64,000 nucleotides of DNA. Origin: Candidatus Methanosuratincola verstraetei. GTDB lineage: Archaea > Thermoproteota > Methanomethylicia > Methanomethylicales > Methanomethylicaceae. The translations under genes were made by a program, and so were the position numbers. The stretch covers positions 800,001 to 864,000 of the forward strand of contig CP186953.1 in NCBI GenBank assembly GCA_049570475.1, in the 5' to 3' direction. How positions within the stretch are numbered: position 1 is the stretch's first letter; each line of letters starts with the position of its first letter. This document shows positions 52,439 to 62,778 of the stretch, one piece after another. Under the pieces are notes generated by a model. It had not been told where the DNA came from and made no database searches. It saw only the letters and a list, made by a program, of their open reading frames with translations.

Positions 52439-54445
52439 ATGGCACCTATAGTCGTCACCTCTGCCCTGCCCTACAGCAACGATCGCCTACACTTGGGGCA
52501 CCTCCGATCAACTTACCTTCCGCCTGACGTCTTCGTCAGATATTTGAGGAGAAAGGGCGAGGATGTTATATTCATCTGTGCCACAGACGAGCACGGCACG
52601 CCAATTGCTCTCCGTGCAGAAAAAGAGCATGTACACCCTAAGGAGATCACTGACCGCTACTTCCCATTGATAAAGGGCGACCTTGAGAAGATGGGCTGCA
52701 GCTTCGATTACTTCTCGCGCACAACCGAGGGCATCCATTACGAAATGACACAGCACTTCTTCAAGACCCTCCTTGAGAGGGGGTATATCTACGAGCAGGA
52801 GATTGACCTGCTCCGATGCCCTAAATGCGACAAATACCTCCCTGACCGATATGTGGAGGGTGTCTGCCCCTTCTGCGGGTACGAGGGGGCTAGGGGAGAC
52901 TCATGCGATTCGTGCGGCAGGTACCTGAGGATTAACGAGCTCAAGGACCCAAAGTGTGCAATATGCGGGACCAAGCCGGAGCCATCGAAGACAAAGCACT
53001 GGTTCTTCAGGCTTACCGCATTCGAGGAGAGCCTTAAGAAATGGCTGGAGGAGAACAGCAAGATCCCAGAGAATGTGAAGAAATACGCGCTCCAGTGGAT
53101 AAATGAGGGTCTTCATGACTGGGACATCACCAGGGACATGTCTTGGGGCGTCCCGATACCCGCAGAGGGCGGCGAAGGGAAAGTTGTTTACGTCTGGTTT
53201 GATGCGCCTATAGGGTACATCTCGTCTACAAGGGCCTGCTTCATGATTAAGGGGGTTGAGGCCCAAGACATGTGGAGGCGGTACTGGCAGGGGGATGGGA
53301 GGATAATCCACTTCATAGGCAAGGATATCATCTACCACCATGCAATATTCTGGCCTGCCATGCTCATGGGGACTGGCGAGTTCAACATCCCGGAGGGGAT
53401 CATAGCTGGAGAGTACCTGACCCTCGAGGGAAAGAAGATGTCGAAGAGCCGGGGGTGGTACGTCAGCATTGAAAACTACCTGAAAGCATTCGACGCCGAC
53501 CCGATGCGCTACTACCTTATCTCAGTCGCCCCCCTGGACAGGGATGCGGACTTTTCTATCGACGATTTTGTGAAGCGCTACAACGACGAGCTCGCCGACG
53601 TCCTGGGAAATTTCGTGCACAGGACGCTGACCTTCATTGAGCGATTCTTCGGATCAGCGGTTCCTGAGGCCAGACTCAACGAAAACGATGAGAGGATGTT
53701 GGAACTGATTAGAAAAACGGTTGCTGAGACCGCCTCGCTTCTTGAGGAAAAGCGGTTCCGGGACGCCCTCCTCTCAGTTATGGGTCTCGCAAGGGAGGGG
53801 AATAAGTACCTGAACGACTCCGCACCTTGGGCAACAATCAAGTCCTCCCCCGAGCGGGCCGCTGCGGCTCTATACACCTCGGCACAGGTCGTCAAGGCAA
53901 TCGGCAGCATGATCTTCCCGTTCTTGCCGTCGACGTCGAGGAAGGTTTGGGAGATGCTAGGTCTCACATCGGACATCGAGCGCCTGCCATGGGACGAAGC
54001 CATCTCGCCCTTGCCTCAAGGCCATAAGATAGGTAAGCCTTCGCCCCTCTTCAAGAAGATAGCGCCACAGGATATCCCGAAGATTAGGGAAACACTTCTT
54101 CCACGCAAGGACGTCGGCGAAAGGATCCCGATAGAGGAGTTCAAGAAGTCCAAGATAGGGATTGGCGAGATTATAGCCGCTGAGAGGATTAAGGGATCCA
54201 GGGACCTGCTGCACTTGGAGATAGACCTAGGCGAATTCGGGATCAGATCCTGCGTGGCAGGAATCGCCAAGTACTATGCGCCAGACGAGCTCCTGCACAA
54301 GCGTGTTGCTGTGTTGATGAATGTGCAGCCCACAACGCTCTTCGGTTTCAAATCAGAGGTCATGATACTTGCTGCGGACGGGGGGGATAAGGTGGCTCTG
54401 TTGAGCCCTGACAGGGTCGTCCCCTCGGGCTCACAAGTAAGGTGA
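52439..54445 (+). CDS. metG: Methionine-tRNA ligase with C-terminal tRNA-binding domain
   Basis: TSALPY, HLGH, TDEHG, Zn knuckles, YVWFDAPIGY, KMSKS. Confidence 0.97.
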   Translation: MAPIVVTSALPYSNDRLHLGHLRSTYLPPDVFVRYLRRKGEDVIFICATDEHGTPIALRAEKEHVHPKEITDRYFPLIKGDLEKMGCSFDYFSRTTEGIHYEMTQHFFKTLLERGYIYEQEIDLLRCPKCDKYLPDRYVEGVCPFCGYEGARGDSCDSCGRYLRINELKDPKCAICGTKPEPSKTKHWFFRLTAFEESLKKWLEENSKIPENVKKYALQWINEGLHDWDITRDMSWGVPIPAEGGEGKVVYVWFDAPIGYISSTRACFMIKGVEAQDMWRRYWQGDGRIIHFIGKDIIYHHAIFWPAMLMGTGEFNIPEGIIAGEYLTLEGKKMSKSRGWYVSIENYLKAFDADPMRYYLISVAPLDRDADFSIDDFVKRYNDELADVLGNFVHRTLTFIERFFGSAVPEARLNENDERMLELIRKTVAETASLLEEKRFRDALLSVMGLAREGNKYLNDSAPWATIKSSPERAAAALYTSAQVVKAIGSMIFPFLPSTSRKVWEMLGLTSDIERLPWDEAISPLPQGHKIGKPSPLFKKIAPQDIPKIRETLLPRKDVGERIPIEEFKKSKIGIGEIIAAERIKGSRDLLHLEIDLGEFGIRSCVAGIAKYYAPDELLHKRVAVLMNVQPTTLFGFKSEVMILAADGGDKVALLSPDRVVPSGSQVR

Positions 54446-54457
54446 CAGGGATCCGCA

Positions 54458-55120
54458 TTGCTTCTGAAGATTGATCTTCACGTCCACACCGACCGATCCC
54501 CTGACGGCTGCTCCTCTATAGGGGAAATTGCAGAGGCTGCGAAAAGAAAGGGTCTGGATGGGGTTGCAATAACAGACCATGATCTCATCCTAGGCGAGTC
54601 AGATGCCTTAAAGCTCTCTTGCGAGCTCGGCACCCTGGTGATACCTGGAGTTGAGCTAAGCACACCCGAGGGTCACCTGATAGTCCTTAACCCAAAGCGT
54701 GAGTTTGGGGGCCTCCCACTGAGAGCCGTGGCAGAATCTGCCCGCCAGGACGGATCCATTCTGATCATCCCGCACCCGATGGATCCTCTGAGCCATGGAA
54801 TCGGATTCTCAGAGGCTAGCTCCCTGATCCTGTATTCCCCGCTCATAGAGGCTCTCAACGCCTCCACTTTGAACAGGTACAACTCTAGAGCCAAGGACTT
54901 TGCCTTGAGGAACTCGTTGCCGATGGTAGCAGGAAGCGATGCCCACTTGGCTGACGCTGTGGGCGATGCTTTTACGGTTGTTGACTCGCCTTCTTGCGAT
55001 ATGGCATCAGTGTTGTCCTCGATCTCTATTGGAAAGACCGCCCCTTCAGGAGGACGCACTTCAGCCGCGACCGCCGCAAAGACTGTTTGCACCAGGCTTA
55101 TCAGACGTATCCGTGGTTGA
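54458..55120 (+). CDS. PHP domain metal-dependent phosphoesterase
   Basis: DLHVHT, AITDHD, PGVE, PHP, GSDAH. Confidence 0.9.
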   Translation: MLLKIDLHVHTDRSPDGCSSIGEIAEAAKRKGLDGVAITDHDLILGESDALKLSCELGTLVIPGVELSTPEGHLIVLNPKREFGGLPLRAVAESARQDGSILIIPHPMDPLSHGIGFSEASSLILYSPLIEALNASTLNRYNSRAKDFALRNSLPMVAGSDAHLADAVGDAFTVVDSPSCDMASVLSSISIGKTAPSGGRTSAATAAKTVCTRLIRRIRG

Positions 55121-55137
55121 CTTCTGGGGAATGCTCG

Positions 55138-56394
55138 TTGCGTGTATTCGTAAAGACATTCGGATGCGAGCTCAACAGGGCAGACTCCGAGGTGATCGCT
55201 GAACTGCTAAACTGCAATTCGATCGGAATCACAGATTCCGAGGGCGATGCAGATGCCGTCGTAGTCAATACATGCACCGTCCGGGAGGAGACTGAAAGCA
55301 AGGTACTGCAGTACATCTCGTCGGTCAGGAACAAGAGGGTAGTCGCGACCGGGTGCATGGCTGCAGCCCAACCTGGTCTGCTCAGATCCATCTATCCAGA
55401 AATATCCATAGTGACCATTAACAATCTCCACGATCTGGTTCGGGCGTTGCGGGATAGGGTCGTCTCCGTTAAAAAAGGAGGATCTTACCCGGCACCCGCC
55501 CCATTCAAAAGTGGGGTAGTTCACACCATCCCAATCTCCAGAGGGTGCATTGGAGAATGCTCATACTGCATAGCAAGGTTGGCTAGAGGCGGTCTCTCAA
55601 GCACCCCGCCTGAGGTTATACTCAGTATCGTTGAGTCTGCCACCTCCTCTGGGGCGTTGGAGATTAGGCTGGCTGCGCAGGATGCCGGAGCCTACGGGTT
55701 GGACATCGGGCATTCTTTGACATCCCTGCTGAGGCTTGTTGCCGCATTGCCTTATGACTTCAGGATCAGGGTGGGCATGTTTAAACTTTCTTCAGTATGG
55801 GCTTTTTTCGATGAGCTCATGGATTGCTACGCCTCCAAAAAAATCTACAAGTTTGTGCATATGCCTTTGCAGAGCGGCAGCGACCATGTCCTGTCCCTCA
55901 TGCACAGGGGGTACACCGTTGGCATGTACCTTGAGGCTGTGAAGCGCATGCGAAGCCGATTCCCAGAGATTACCCTCGCCACTGACATAATAGTTGGATA
56001 TCCTGGCGAAACCGAAGACGACTTCAAAGAGACCTGCGAAGTGGTCGAAGCAATAACGCCAGACAAGATCCATATCTCCCGATTCACCCCGCGCCCCCAT
56101 ACGCCAGCTTCCCTGTTAGAGCAGGTTCCCGAGCCGGTCAAAAAGGCCCGCAGCCGAATACTTGCCAGAAAGAAGATTTCGATCCAGGCAAGTAGAAACA
56201 AGAAATGGATCGGTAGAGAGGTCGAGGCAACAATACTCGCCTCGCGCAAGGGCATTGGGGCGATTGCGAGGACAGACGAGTACAAGCCCGTGCTTTTGAG
56301 AGGTGCAGACTGCCTTGCGTTGGGCTCCAGGCATACGCTTGAAATAACCGGTTGCTCGCCGTTCAGTCTCGTAGGTAAAGTCATCCGCCGCTGA
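55138..56394 (+). CDS. mtaB: tRNA t6A37 methylthiotransferase (MtaB-like radical SAM)
   Basis: TFGC..N, NTC, TGC, CIGECSYC, QSGS, DIIVGYPGE, RPHTPA, TRAM domain; TTG start inferred. Confidence 0.88.
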   Translation: MRVFVKTFGCELNRADSEVIAELLNCNSIGITDSEGDADAVVVNTCTVREETESKVLQYISSVRNKRVVATGCMAAAQPGLLRSIYPEISIVTINNLHDLVRALRDRVVSVKKGGSYPAPAPFKSGVVHTIPISRGCIGECSYCIARLARGGLSSTPPEVILSIVESATSSGALEIRLAAQDAGAYGLDIGHSLTSLLRLVAALPYDFRIRVGMFKLSSVWAFFDELMDCYASKKIYKFVHMPLQSGSDHVLSLMHRGYTVGMYLEAVKRMRSRFPEITLATDIIVGYPGETEDDFKETCEVVEAITPDKIHISRFTPRPHTPASLLEQVPEPVKKARSRILARKKISIQASRNKKWIGREVEATILASRKGIGAIARTDEYKPVLLRGADCLALGSRHTLEITGCSPFSLVGKVIRR

Positions 56395-56656
56395 CCGGTG
56401 GCAATATAGCCACCGTCCCGTCAGAGAGCTTTTTTCCGAAATCTGCAGGGGGCACGAGCTCCTTTCCAGACATCACTTTGTAGCTCTCGTCGAACTTCCC
56501 GTTCTTGAAAACCGCCCCCTCGAGGCTAGGGATCTCGACCAATACCTTTTCCAGGACCTCTTTGATGCTTGGTCTGTCGCTGAACTCGAGAATCGCCCTA
56601 TCCCTTCCCGCTCTCTCCCTTAGATCAGCAAAAAGTCTGACGCATACCGTCCCCAT
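56381..56656 (-). CDS. MoaD/SAMP ubiquitin-like sulfur carrier
   Basis: VRLFA.LRE..G and C-terminal LPPVSGG. Confidence 0.9.
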   Translation of the reverse strand: MGTVCVRLFADLRERAGRDRAILEFSDRPSIKEVLEKVLVEIPSLEGAVFKNGKFDESYKVMSGKELVPPADFGKKLSDGTVAILPPVSGG

Positions 56657-56949
56657 TATGCCTGTTCCTCGTTGACGGCTTTATTTATCTGCTCCTCCAT
56701 TATGTGCCCTTTGCACCTTATGTTAGCCTTCTTAACGCCGGGCACGCTCAAGACTGCCTTCTTTATCTCCTGTGCTAGGTAGAACGCTATTGGGCACATA
56801 GGACTGGAAGGGACAAACTCAAGCTTGACCACGCCGTCAGTCTCCTCTAAATTGTCAATGAGCTGCATGTCCACCATGCTCATGCCCGTCTCAGGGTCCA
56901 TGACGTTCTTGAGGGCGTCAATGACCTTGGACTCTATCTCTTTTCCCAT
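56656..56949 (-). CDS. DUF59/SufT/MIP18 Fe-S assembly protein
   Basis: AL..V.DPE.G.S.VD..L, PSSPMCP. Confidence 0.88.
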   Translation of the reverse strand: MGKEIESKVIDALKNVMDPETGMSMVDMQLIDNLEETDGVVKLEFVPSSPMCPIAFYLAQEIKKAVLSVPGVKKANIRCKGHIMEEQINKAVNEEQA

Positions 56950-57090
56950 TTCTATCCCTTATTTCTCTTGCCTGCCGTAGTATAAATACATTAAACAGGG
57001 GGCGCACTTTCCGCTAATGGCAACCCATTTCATTTTTAAGGGAATAAGTGTCTTATATAATTTTTTAATTAAAATTAAATTATGAAAAAC

Positions 57091-57098
57091 TTTATAAA
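57091..57098 (+). promoter_or_regulatory. BRE/TATA of the membrane-complex operon
   Basis: GAAAAAC-TTTATAAA about 190 bp upstream of ATG 57291; palindrome TTTTAATTAAAA at 57063-57074. Confidence 0.55.
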
Positions 57099-57290
57099 TT
57101 AAATAAAACTATGAATAATCTTCGTATACTAGGGAGGCTTAAAAATCCTAGCTCATGCTTTCCAAACACAAACAGAAGAACTGGCGACCAGAACGCCCCT
57201 TTCAATTGTAGTTCTTATTTGGTGTTTCGAACAAATTGTATCCCAGATCCCTCCCATCGGTTGTTAGTGAAATCAGTATGGGTGGTCCGG

Positions 57291-59216
57291 ATGGAACAGC
57301 CGCTTTTGTGGTTTTCTATCGTGCTGCCATGTGCCGTTGGCGCACTCTGCTTCCCTTTTGGAAGACGCTCTGGCTACGCGGTTGCCTCGTCCTCGGCCAT
57401 CTCATTCCTGATAATAGGCTCATTCGCATTACCAGCAATTGAAGGCGAAGTTGATCATGTGCAGGGTTTCGAGTGGTGGGGGATCCAGGGTGCCAAGGTC
57501 AGTTTCGGACTGATTGTCGACCCGATCAGTGTGCTGATGGGTTTGATTGTCTCTTTCATCTCGATTGCAGTATTCATATACTCGATCGAATACATGCGAA
57601 ACGAAGAGGGGCCTTCACGTTTCTGGTTCTTGATGTCATGCTTCGAGTCGAGCATGCTCTTGCTCGTTTTTTCAGATAACTTCATAATGAGCTTTCTGGG
57701 ATGGGAGGGTGTAGGCCTGAGCAGCTACTTCTTGATCGGTCACTACTACAGGGATCAGAAAGAGCGTTGGCTAGGCGGCCCGGAGGGTGTTGCCCCTTTT
57801 GAGAGGCCTTCCATCTGCGGGGAGAAGGCTCTGCTCACCACTGGGTTGGCAGATTCCCTTATGCTCGTGGGAATAATGATGATCTTCTCGATTTACGGGA
57901 CATTCGACTACCTGGAGATCCAAACTCTGGCATCAACAAAGCTCGTCAACCCATCATACATTCTAGCCGCCTCGCTCCTTCTAGTCATGGGGCCTCTGGG
58001 CAAGTCCGCCCAATTTCCCTTCAATGAATGGCTCCCTGAGGCGATGTCTGGCCCTACGCCTGTCAGCGCATTGTTGCATTCTGCAACGATGGTAAAAGCC
58101 GGGGTGTACCTTGTAGCTAGGGTCTCCCCTATATTCTACTCGCTGTCGCTAATTAGCCCTGTCGCGTCGTCTTCCTTCTTCCTAGTGGCAGCCACTGCCG
58201 GGCTCTTGACCGCCCTGATCGGATCCTTGTACGGCATGTTTGCGTTAGAGATGAAAAAAGTCCTCGCATATTCGACGGTTTCGCAGCTCGGTTTCATGTT
58301 TGTGGCGCTAGGGATAGCCGGAATCTCGGGGGATCCCCTCCTCGGGCTTTCCGCTGCCATTTTCCACATATTCGCACATTCGATCTTCAAGGCCTCGCTA
58401 TTTCTCGGCGCAGGATCTGCCATACACGTCTCGCACACTATCTACATCACTGAGATGGGCTCCCTGGTCAAAAAGGCACCAAAGACGTTTGTGGCGATGT
58501 TGATTTCTGCCCTGAGCCTCTGTGCGCTCCCACCACTAATGGGGTTCTGGAGCAAGGATGCAATCTTGGCGGCTGTGTATCCTGTGAATGCGATAGCTGC
58601 CATCCTTCTTGCCATGTCTTCTGCAATGACCTGCTTCTACTCTGTCCGTTTGCTATGGTACACCTTCGTGGCGCCGGCGAGGAAGGAGGCGCATGAAAAA
58701 GAGGCATGGCTCTTGGCTGCTCCGGCCCTGATGCTCTCTGGGCTGACGTTGTTACTAGGGCTCTTCGGTCAGTCTATAGAGCACTTGATAAGCGAATCCT
58801 TGTCTCACGCCCTAGATCTTGTGGGACCCCACAATTCTGGCGCATATGCAGCGCTCTTTCTTAGCGCCTTCGCACTACTATCGGGTCTAGGAACTGCTTA
58901 TCTAATGTACTTCAGGAGGAACCGTGCAGCGCTAGGGCTCGCTCGGCTCACCGCAGGAATGAGGGAGTCCCTGATGAAGCGCCCGGTCGACCGGCTGTAT
59001 TATGGGGTAGCTAGGGCAGTCAAAGCCGTATCAAGAAGCGCATGCTCTTTCGAGGTATTTCTAGACAAATCCAGCCAAGCTCTCGCTCGCGCTACCTTGG
59101 AGTCCGCCAGGCGCCTGAGCAGAGTACACTCGGGGGACCTTAACCGGTACTTGAGCATAGCTGGCGCGCTCCTGCTGCTTTTGATCGGATTTCTGCTATT
59201 GGTGAACTTGATATGA
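57291..59216 (+). CDS. NuoL/MrpA-like antiporter subunit
   Basis: WEGVG..SY.LIG, GKSAQFP..WLPEAM.GPTPVSALLHSATMVKAG, GFWSKD; ATG 57291 (the ORF extension is leader). Confidence 0.93.
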   Translation: MEQPLLWFSIVLPCAVGALCFPFGRRSGYAVASSSAISFLIIGSFALPAIEGEVDHVQGFEWWGIQGAKVSFGLIVDPISVLMGLIVSFISIAVFIYSIEYMRNEEGPSRFWFLMSCFESSMLLLVFSDNFIMSFLGWEGVGLSSYFLIGHYYRDQKERWLGGPEGVAPFERPSICGEKALLTTGLADSLMLVGIMMIFSIYGTFDYLEIQTLASTKLVNPSYILAASLLLVMGPLGKSAQFPFNEWLPEAMSGPTPVSALLHSATMVKAGVYLVARVSPIFYSLSLISPVASSSFFLVAATAGLLTALIGSLYGMFALEMKKVLAYSTVSQLGFMFVALGIAGISGDPLLGLSAAIFHIFAHSIFKASLFLGAGSAIHVSHTIYITEMGSLVKKAPKTFVAMLISALSLCALPPLMGFWSKDAILAAVYPVNAIAAILLAMSSAMTCFYSVRLLWYTFVAPARKEAHEKEAWLLAAPALMLSGLTLLLGLFGQSIEHLISESLSHALDLVGPHNSGAYAALFLSAFALLSGLGTAYLMYFRRNRAALGLARLTAGMRESLMKRPVDRLYYGVARAVKAVSRSACSFEVFLDKSSQALARATLESARRLSRVHSGDLNRYLSIAGALLLLLIGFLLLVNLI

Positions 59217-60652
59217 CCCTCGTTTGCTTTGTCCTCATTCCGCTGCTCCTGCTCCCAGTGATCTACTTTGCAGGGCCCCGTCTAAAAGAAAAGGTCGGCT
59301 ATGCAGCTGCGATAGCGCCTCTGGCCGGCTTCGCCCAAACAATCTCTCTTTATCCGCTTTTGCTCAATGGCGAGAGGGCGTTTACCGAGATCGGGTGGGC
59401 AAACTACCTGGGGCTGGACATGAATTTCAACCTCTCTGTCGACGGGATAAGCCTGATATACGTGCTTTCGATTTCTTCCGTTTCAGCAGCAGTCTGCCTG
59501 TACTCCGTTAAGTACATGGACCACCGGATCTCTGAGCTGGGGATCGAGGGAAAGGAGAGGGGAAGGGCCTTTTCAAGGTTCTACGCGGTTTACTTGGCAT
59601 TCTATCTGGGGATGGTAGGGGCAGTCATTTCGACCAACGTGATCCAGTTCTACATCTTTTATGAACTCATACTTATCAGCACCTGGTTACTGATACACAT
59701 GTTCGGATACGGCGACAAAGAACGGGTCGCTCTTGTTTATTTCATTTGGACCCACATAAGTGGAATGCTCGTCCTGATCGGCTTTGTTCTCCACTACATG
59801 GAGAGCGGCTGCATTTCCATCGCATCATATCAGGATCTCTCCGGCGCCTCCTACCTCCTCCTGGTGGGCTTCTGCGTCAAAATGGCTGTATTCGGGCTCC
59901 ACACATGGCTGCCCCTGGCGCATGGCGAGGCTCCAACCCCGATAAGTGCCCTCCTGAGCCCTGTCACGATAGGCATTGGTGCGTACGGCATCTTGAGGAT
60001 GGCATTGCCCGCGGTGGCCAACCTCTCGCTCTGGATTGCCATCTGGGCGATGGTGACGATCATATATGGCGGGATCGTAGCGCTGGGCGAGGACGACATA
60101 AAAAGGCTTTTGGCATACTCAAGCATAAGTCATATGGGTTACATGCTTTTGGGGATCGCCTCAATAACTTATGTCGGGTCCGTTGGCGTGGTCTACCACT
60201 ACCTTACTCATGCGTTCCTGAAGGCAGTCCTATTCATGACCGCAGGCGTCCTTATGATGCAGCTCCACGGGATTAGGCGCATAAGCATGATGGGGGGTCT
60301 CGCTGCAAAGACCCCTGTGGCTGCATTCTTCTTGGCTTCCGGCTTCCTTGGGCTTGCAGGCTTCCCCCCTTTTTCCGGTTTTAATTCCAAGTTGATGATC
60401 TTCACGGGTGCTTTTCTGGGCGCGGGAGACCAAACCTATCTGGTAATAGTGGCTGGCGCGGCATTCTCCTCGATTCTGACCGTTGCCTATGGAGCTGAGG
60501 CGATCCGCAAGTCGATGTTTGGGCCTGCCAAGGAGGGTCTAAATCTGGAAAAGGCTGAGGTGTCTATGCTGATTCCGATCGCAGCCATGCTGATCCTCTC
60601 CTTGGCATTCTTCTTCCTGCCTTGGCTGGTTTTGGTTCCTCTGGGGGGCTAA
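59213..60652 (+). CDS. NuoM/MrpD-like antiporter subunit
   Basis: FYIFYE, VKMAVFGLHTWLP.AH.EAPT, AYSSISHMG, GFPPFSGF.SK. Confidence 0.92.
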   Translation: MTLVCFVLIPLLLLPVIYFAGPRLKEKVGYAAAIAPLAGFAQTISLYPLLLNGERAFTEIGWANYLGLDMNFNLSVDGISLIYVLSISSVSAAVCLYSVKYMDHRISELGIEGKERGRAFSRFYAVYLAFYLGMVGAVISTNVIQFYIFYELILISTWLLIHMFGYGDKERVALVYFIWTHISGMLVLIGFVLHYMESGCISIASYQDLSGASYLLLVGFCVKMAVFGLHTWLPLAHGEAPTPISALLSPVTIGIGAYGILRMALPAVANLSLWIAIWAMVTIIYGGIVALGEDDIKRLLAYSSISHMGYMLLGIASITYVGSVGVVYHYLTHAFLKAVLFMTAGVLMMQLHGIRRISMMGGLAAKTPVAAFFLASGFLGLAGFPPFSGFNSKLMIFTGAFLGAGDQTYLVIVAGAAFSSILTVAYGAEAIRKSMFGPAKEGLNLEKAEVSMLIPIAAMLILSLAFFFLPWLVLVPLGG

Positions 60653-60656
60653 GAAA

Positions 60657-61148
60657 GTGCTTGTAAAAGTTTTGTTCACTGCCTTTGTCTCATTTTTAGT
60701 CTACATCTCCCTTGTCGGAAGTCTAGGTACGGATGAACTGACAATTGGGCTGATTATTGCGGGGATAGTCGGCATAATCACCCGAAACCTTGTAGTCTCT
60801 GACGAGAAAAAAGTCCTGGACCCGAAGCGGTGGTTGAACGCGCTGCGGTATTTGGCATTGTATTGGCTCTATTATGAGCCAATTGCCCACTGGGACGTGA
60901 TCAAGAGAGTGTTCAATATGGATCTGCACCCGTCGATAGTCCGCGTGCCTTATTCTCTGAAGAGTGAGTACGGAGTTACGGCGGTAGGCAACTCCATAAC
61001 CAACACGCCAGGGACTGTTGTTGTTGATGTGGATGAGAAAAGGGGATACTACTATGTCCACTGGATTAACGCCCCTTCTGTCGAGGAGGGTTTCTGCTAC
61101 AATAACATAAGCAAGGGGTTTGAGGAGTTGGTGAGGCGCTTCCTATGA
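60657..61148 (+). CDS. Na+/H+ antiporter subunit E (MrpE/MbhA)
   Basis: PSIV.VP, NSITNTPGT, YVHWI. Confidence 0.9.
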   Translation: MLVKVLFTAFVSFLVYISLVGSLGTDELTIGLIIAGIVGIITRNLVVSDEKKVLDPKRWLNALRYLALYWLYYEPIAHWDVIKRVFNMDLHPSIVRVPYSLKSEYGVTAVGNSITNTPGTVVVDVDEKRGYYYVHWINAPSVEEGFCYNNISKGFEELVRRFL

Positions 61149-61414
61149 TAGACATGATCCTCGTTTTCTCATTAGGGATGTTCATAATCTCGATTACTCT
61201 ATCAATGTACCGGATGGTCGTTGGACCCACGATCCCGGACAGGATGCTTGCCTTGGATGTGATCTCGTACGGATTAACGGTGGTGATGGGCATAATTGCA
61301 GTGATCTCGGGATCCCCTTACTTGATAGTGATCAGTTTTTCCTTGGCTCTCTGGTTCTTCATCGGTGCGCTGTATGTTGCAAGGTACATGGAAGGTGAGC
61401 AAATTGGTGACTGA
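61145..61414 (+). CDS. MrpF/MbhB subunit
   Basis: R...GPT.PDR.LALD. Confidence 0.9.
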   Translation: MIDMILVFSLGMFIISITLSMYRMVVGPTIPDRMLALDVISYGLTVVMGIIAVISGSPYLIVISFSLALWFFIGALYVARYMEGEQIGD

Positions 61415-61757
61415 GATCTTTCTTGTGATAGGCACCTTTCTAGTAGTACTTGGAGGAGCCCTCAGCATCATTGGCGCGATCGGGCTACTCCGGTTCCCAT
61501 CCTACTTTGTGAGGATACATGCTGCCACAGTCTCTGTAATAGGCGGTTCGGTTGTGCCCCTCATTGGCGTGGCGTTCCTGTCCTATGGAATCCACGGTCA
61601 AGACGGTATAGTCACGTCACTCGGCGCACTGGGGACAGCCGCCTTCATCTTCCTAACGGCGCCGGTTTCCTCGCACGCGATAGCTAGATCCGCAGCCCGG
61701 ATGAGGATACCACGCGAACCCCTAGAGCACGACCACCTGGAGGAAGATGGCAGATGA
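61407..61757 (+). CDS. MrpG/MbhC subunit
   Basis: GLLRFP..F.RIHAAT, LTAPVSSHAIAR. Confidence 0.9.
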   Translation: MTEIFLVIGTFLVVLGGALSIIGAIGLLRFPSYFVRIHAATVSVIGGSVVPLIGVAFLSYGIHGQDGIVTSLGALGTAAFIFLTAPVSSHAIARSAARMRIPREPLEHDHLEEDGR

Positions 61758-62005
61758 TCGAAATGATCGAACTGATCATAGACTTGCTGCTTGCTTTCTG
61801 CGTAGTCCTAACGGCTGCTATTGTCTACACCAAGGACCTCCTCCTGGCAATAGTCTTGTCTGGAGCTGAAGGCGTCCTAGTTGCTACTGTTTTCTACCTG
61901 CTGCTAGCCCCTGACATCGCCCTGGTTCAGGTGGCTGCTGGCGTAGGCATTTCCACGGCGTTCTTCATCGTCGGTCTCAGAAAGATAGGGAGGAGAGAGG
62001 AATGA
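61754..62005 (+). CDS. MbhD / DUF4040 subunit
   Basis: KDLL.A, LLAPDIAL. Confidence 0.85.
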   Translation: MIEMIELIIDLLLAFCVVLTAAIVYTKDLLLAIVLSGAEGVLVATVFYLLLAPDIALVQVAAGVGISTAFFIVGLRKIGRREE

Positions 62006-62772
62006 AAGACTGGAGGGCATCGATCTTAGGGGTCTTTTTCATAGTTTTGATGAGTTCGATCCTGACCTATGCCTTCTTGGGATATCCAGGAATTGGCTTT
62101 GTGAGACCACTGGGGGAGTTTTACCTGTTCAACACTTACAACTTTGAGAACCAGAGCTGGTGGTCCGCCTCACCAAACGCTGTGACCGGGCTGCTTTGGG
62201 ACTACCGCGGGTATGACACGCTCTACGAGACGATGGTATTCTACGTGGGGATAGCTGCCGTTGCCATGTTCTTTGAAGGGCATGCGAAGCTGAGAAAAAC
62301 GGGCGGAATGACCGTCATAGTGAGATCTAGTGCGCGGCTTATCTTTGTCTTCATTATTACCTCTGCATTTGCGATAACGATCTTCAGCATTAAGACCCCC
62401 GGGGGCGGGTTCCAGGGCGGATCCATAATGGCTATCGCCTACATCGCCATAATCGTATCCCTCTCGAGGGGCTTCTTGCCCGAGATGGACTTGGACGTGG
62501 AAAAGGCGCACCTCGCAAAGATTGCCGGGCTCGCACTGATCGCAGGCCTGACAATAGTCCCCGTGGTCTACTCCTTGGCGTCCGGATCAGCCGCTTATGC
62601 GCTGCAGAACCTTCCCAAGGCCTGGGCGCCCTTCGGTTACCCTACTTTCCTTGGTTTTGCTAGCCTCTCGGGGGGTCTTATAATACCGATCCAGCTAGGC
62701 GAGATGATCCACGTAGGCATGGGCTTCACAATTATGTTCCTGCTTCTTACGCTGAAGGACAAGGAGGATTGA
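62002..62772 (+). CDS. MrpB-like subunit (MbhE+MbhF fused)
   Basis: NAVT.LLWDYRGYDTLYE plus TPGGGFQGG. Confidence 0.88.
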   Translation: MKDWRASILGVFFIVLMSSILTYAFLGYPGIGFVRPLGEFYLFNTYNFENQSWWSASPNAVTGLLWDYRGYDTLYETMVFYVGIAAVAMFFEGHAKLRKTGGMTVIVRSSARLIFVFIITSAFAITIFSIKTPGGGFQGGSIMAIAYIAIIVSLSRGFLPEMDLDVEKAHLAKIAGLALIAGLTIVPVVYSLASGSAAYALQNLPKAWAPFGYPTFLGFASLSGGLIIPIQLGEMIHVGMGFTIMFLLLTLKDKED

Positions 62773-62778
62773 TGGTTC

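Noticed and set aside
57183-57197. Fluoride riboswitch-like GGCG..CGCC hairpin
   Set aside because: Lacks the GAUGG loop and the downstream GCUGAUGAC pseudoknot partner
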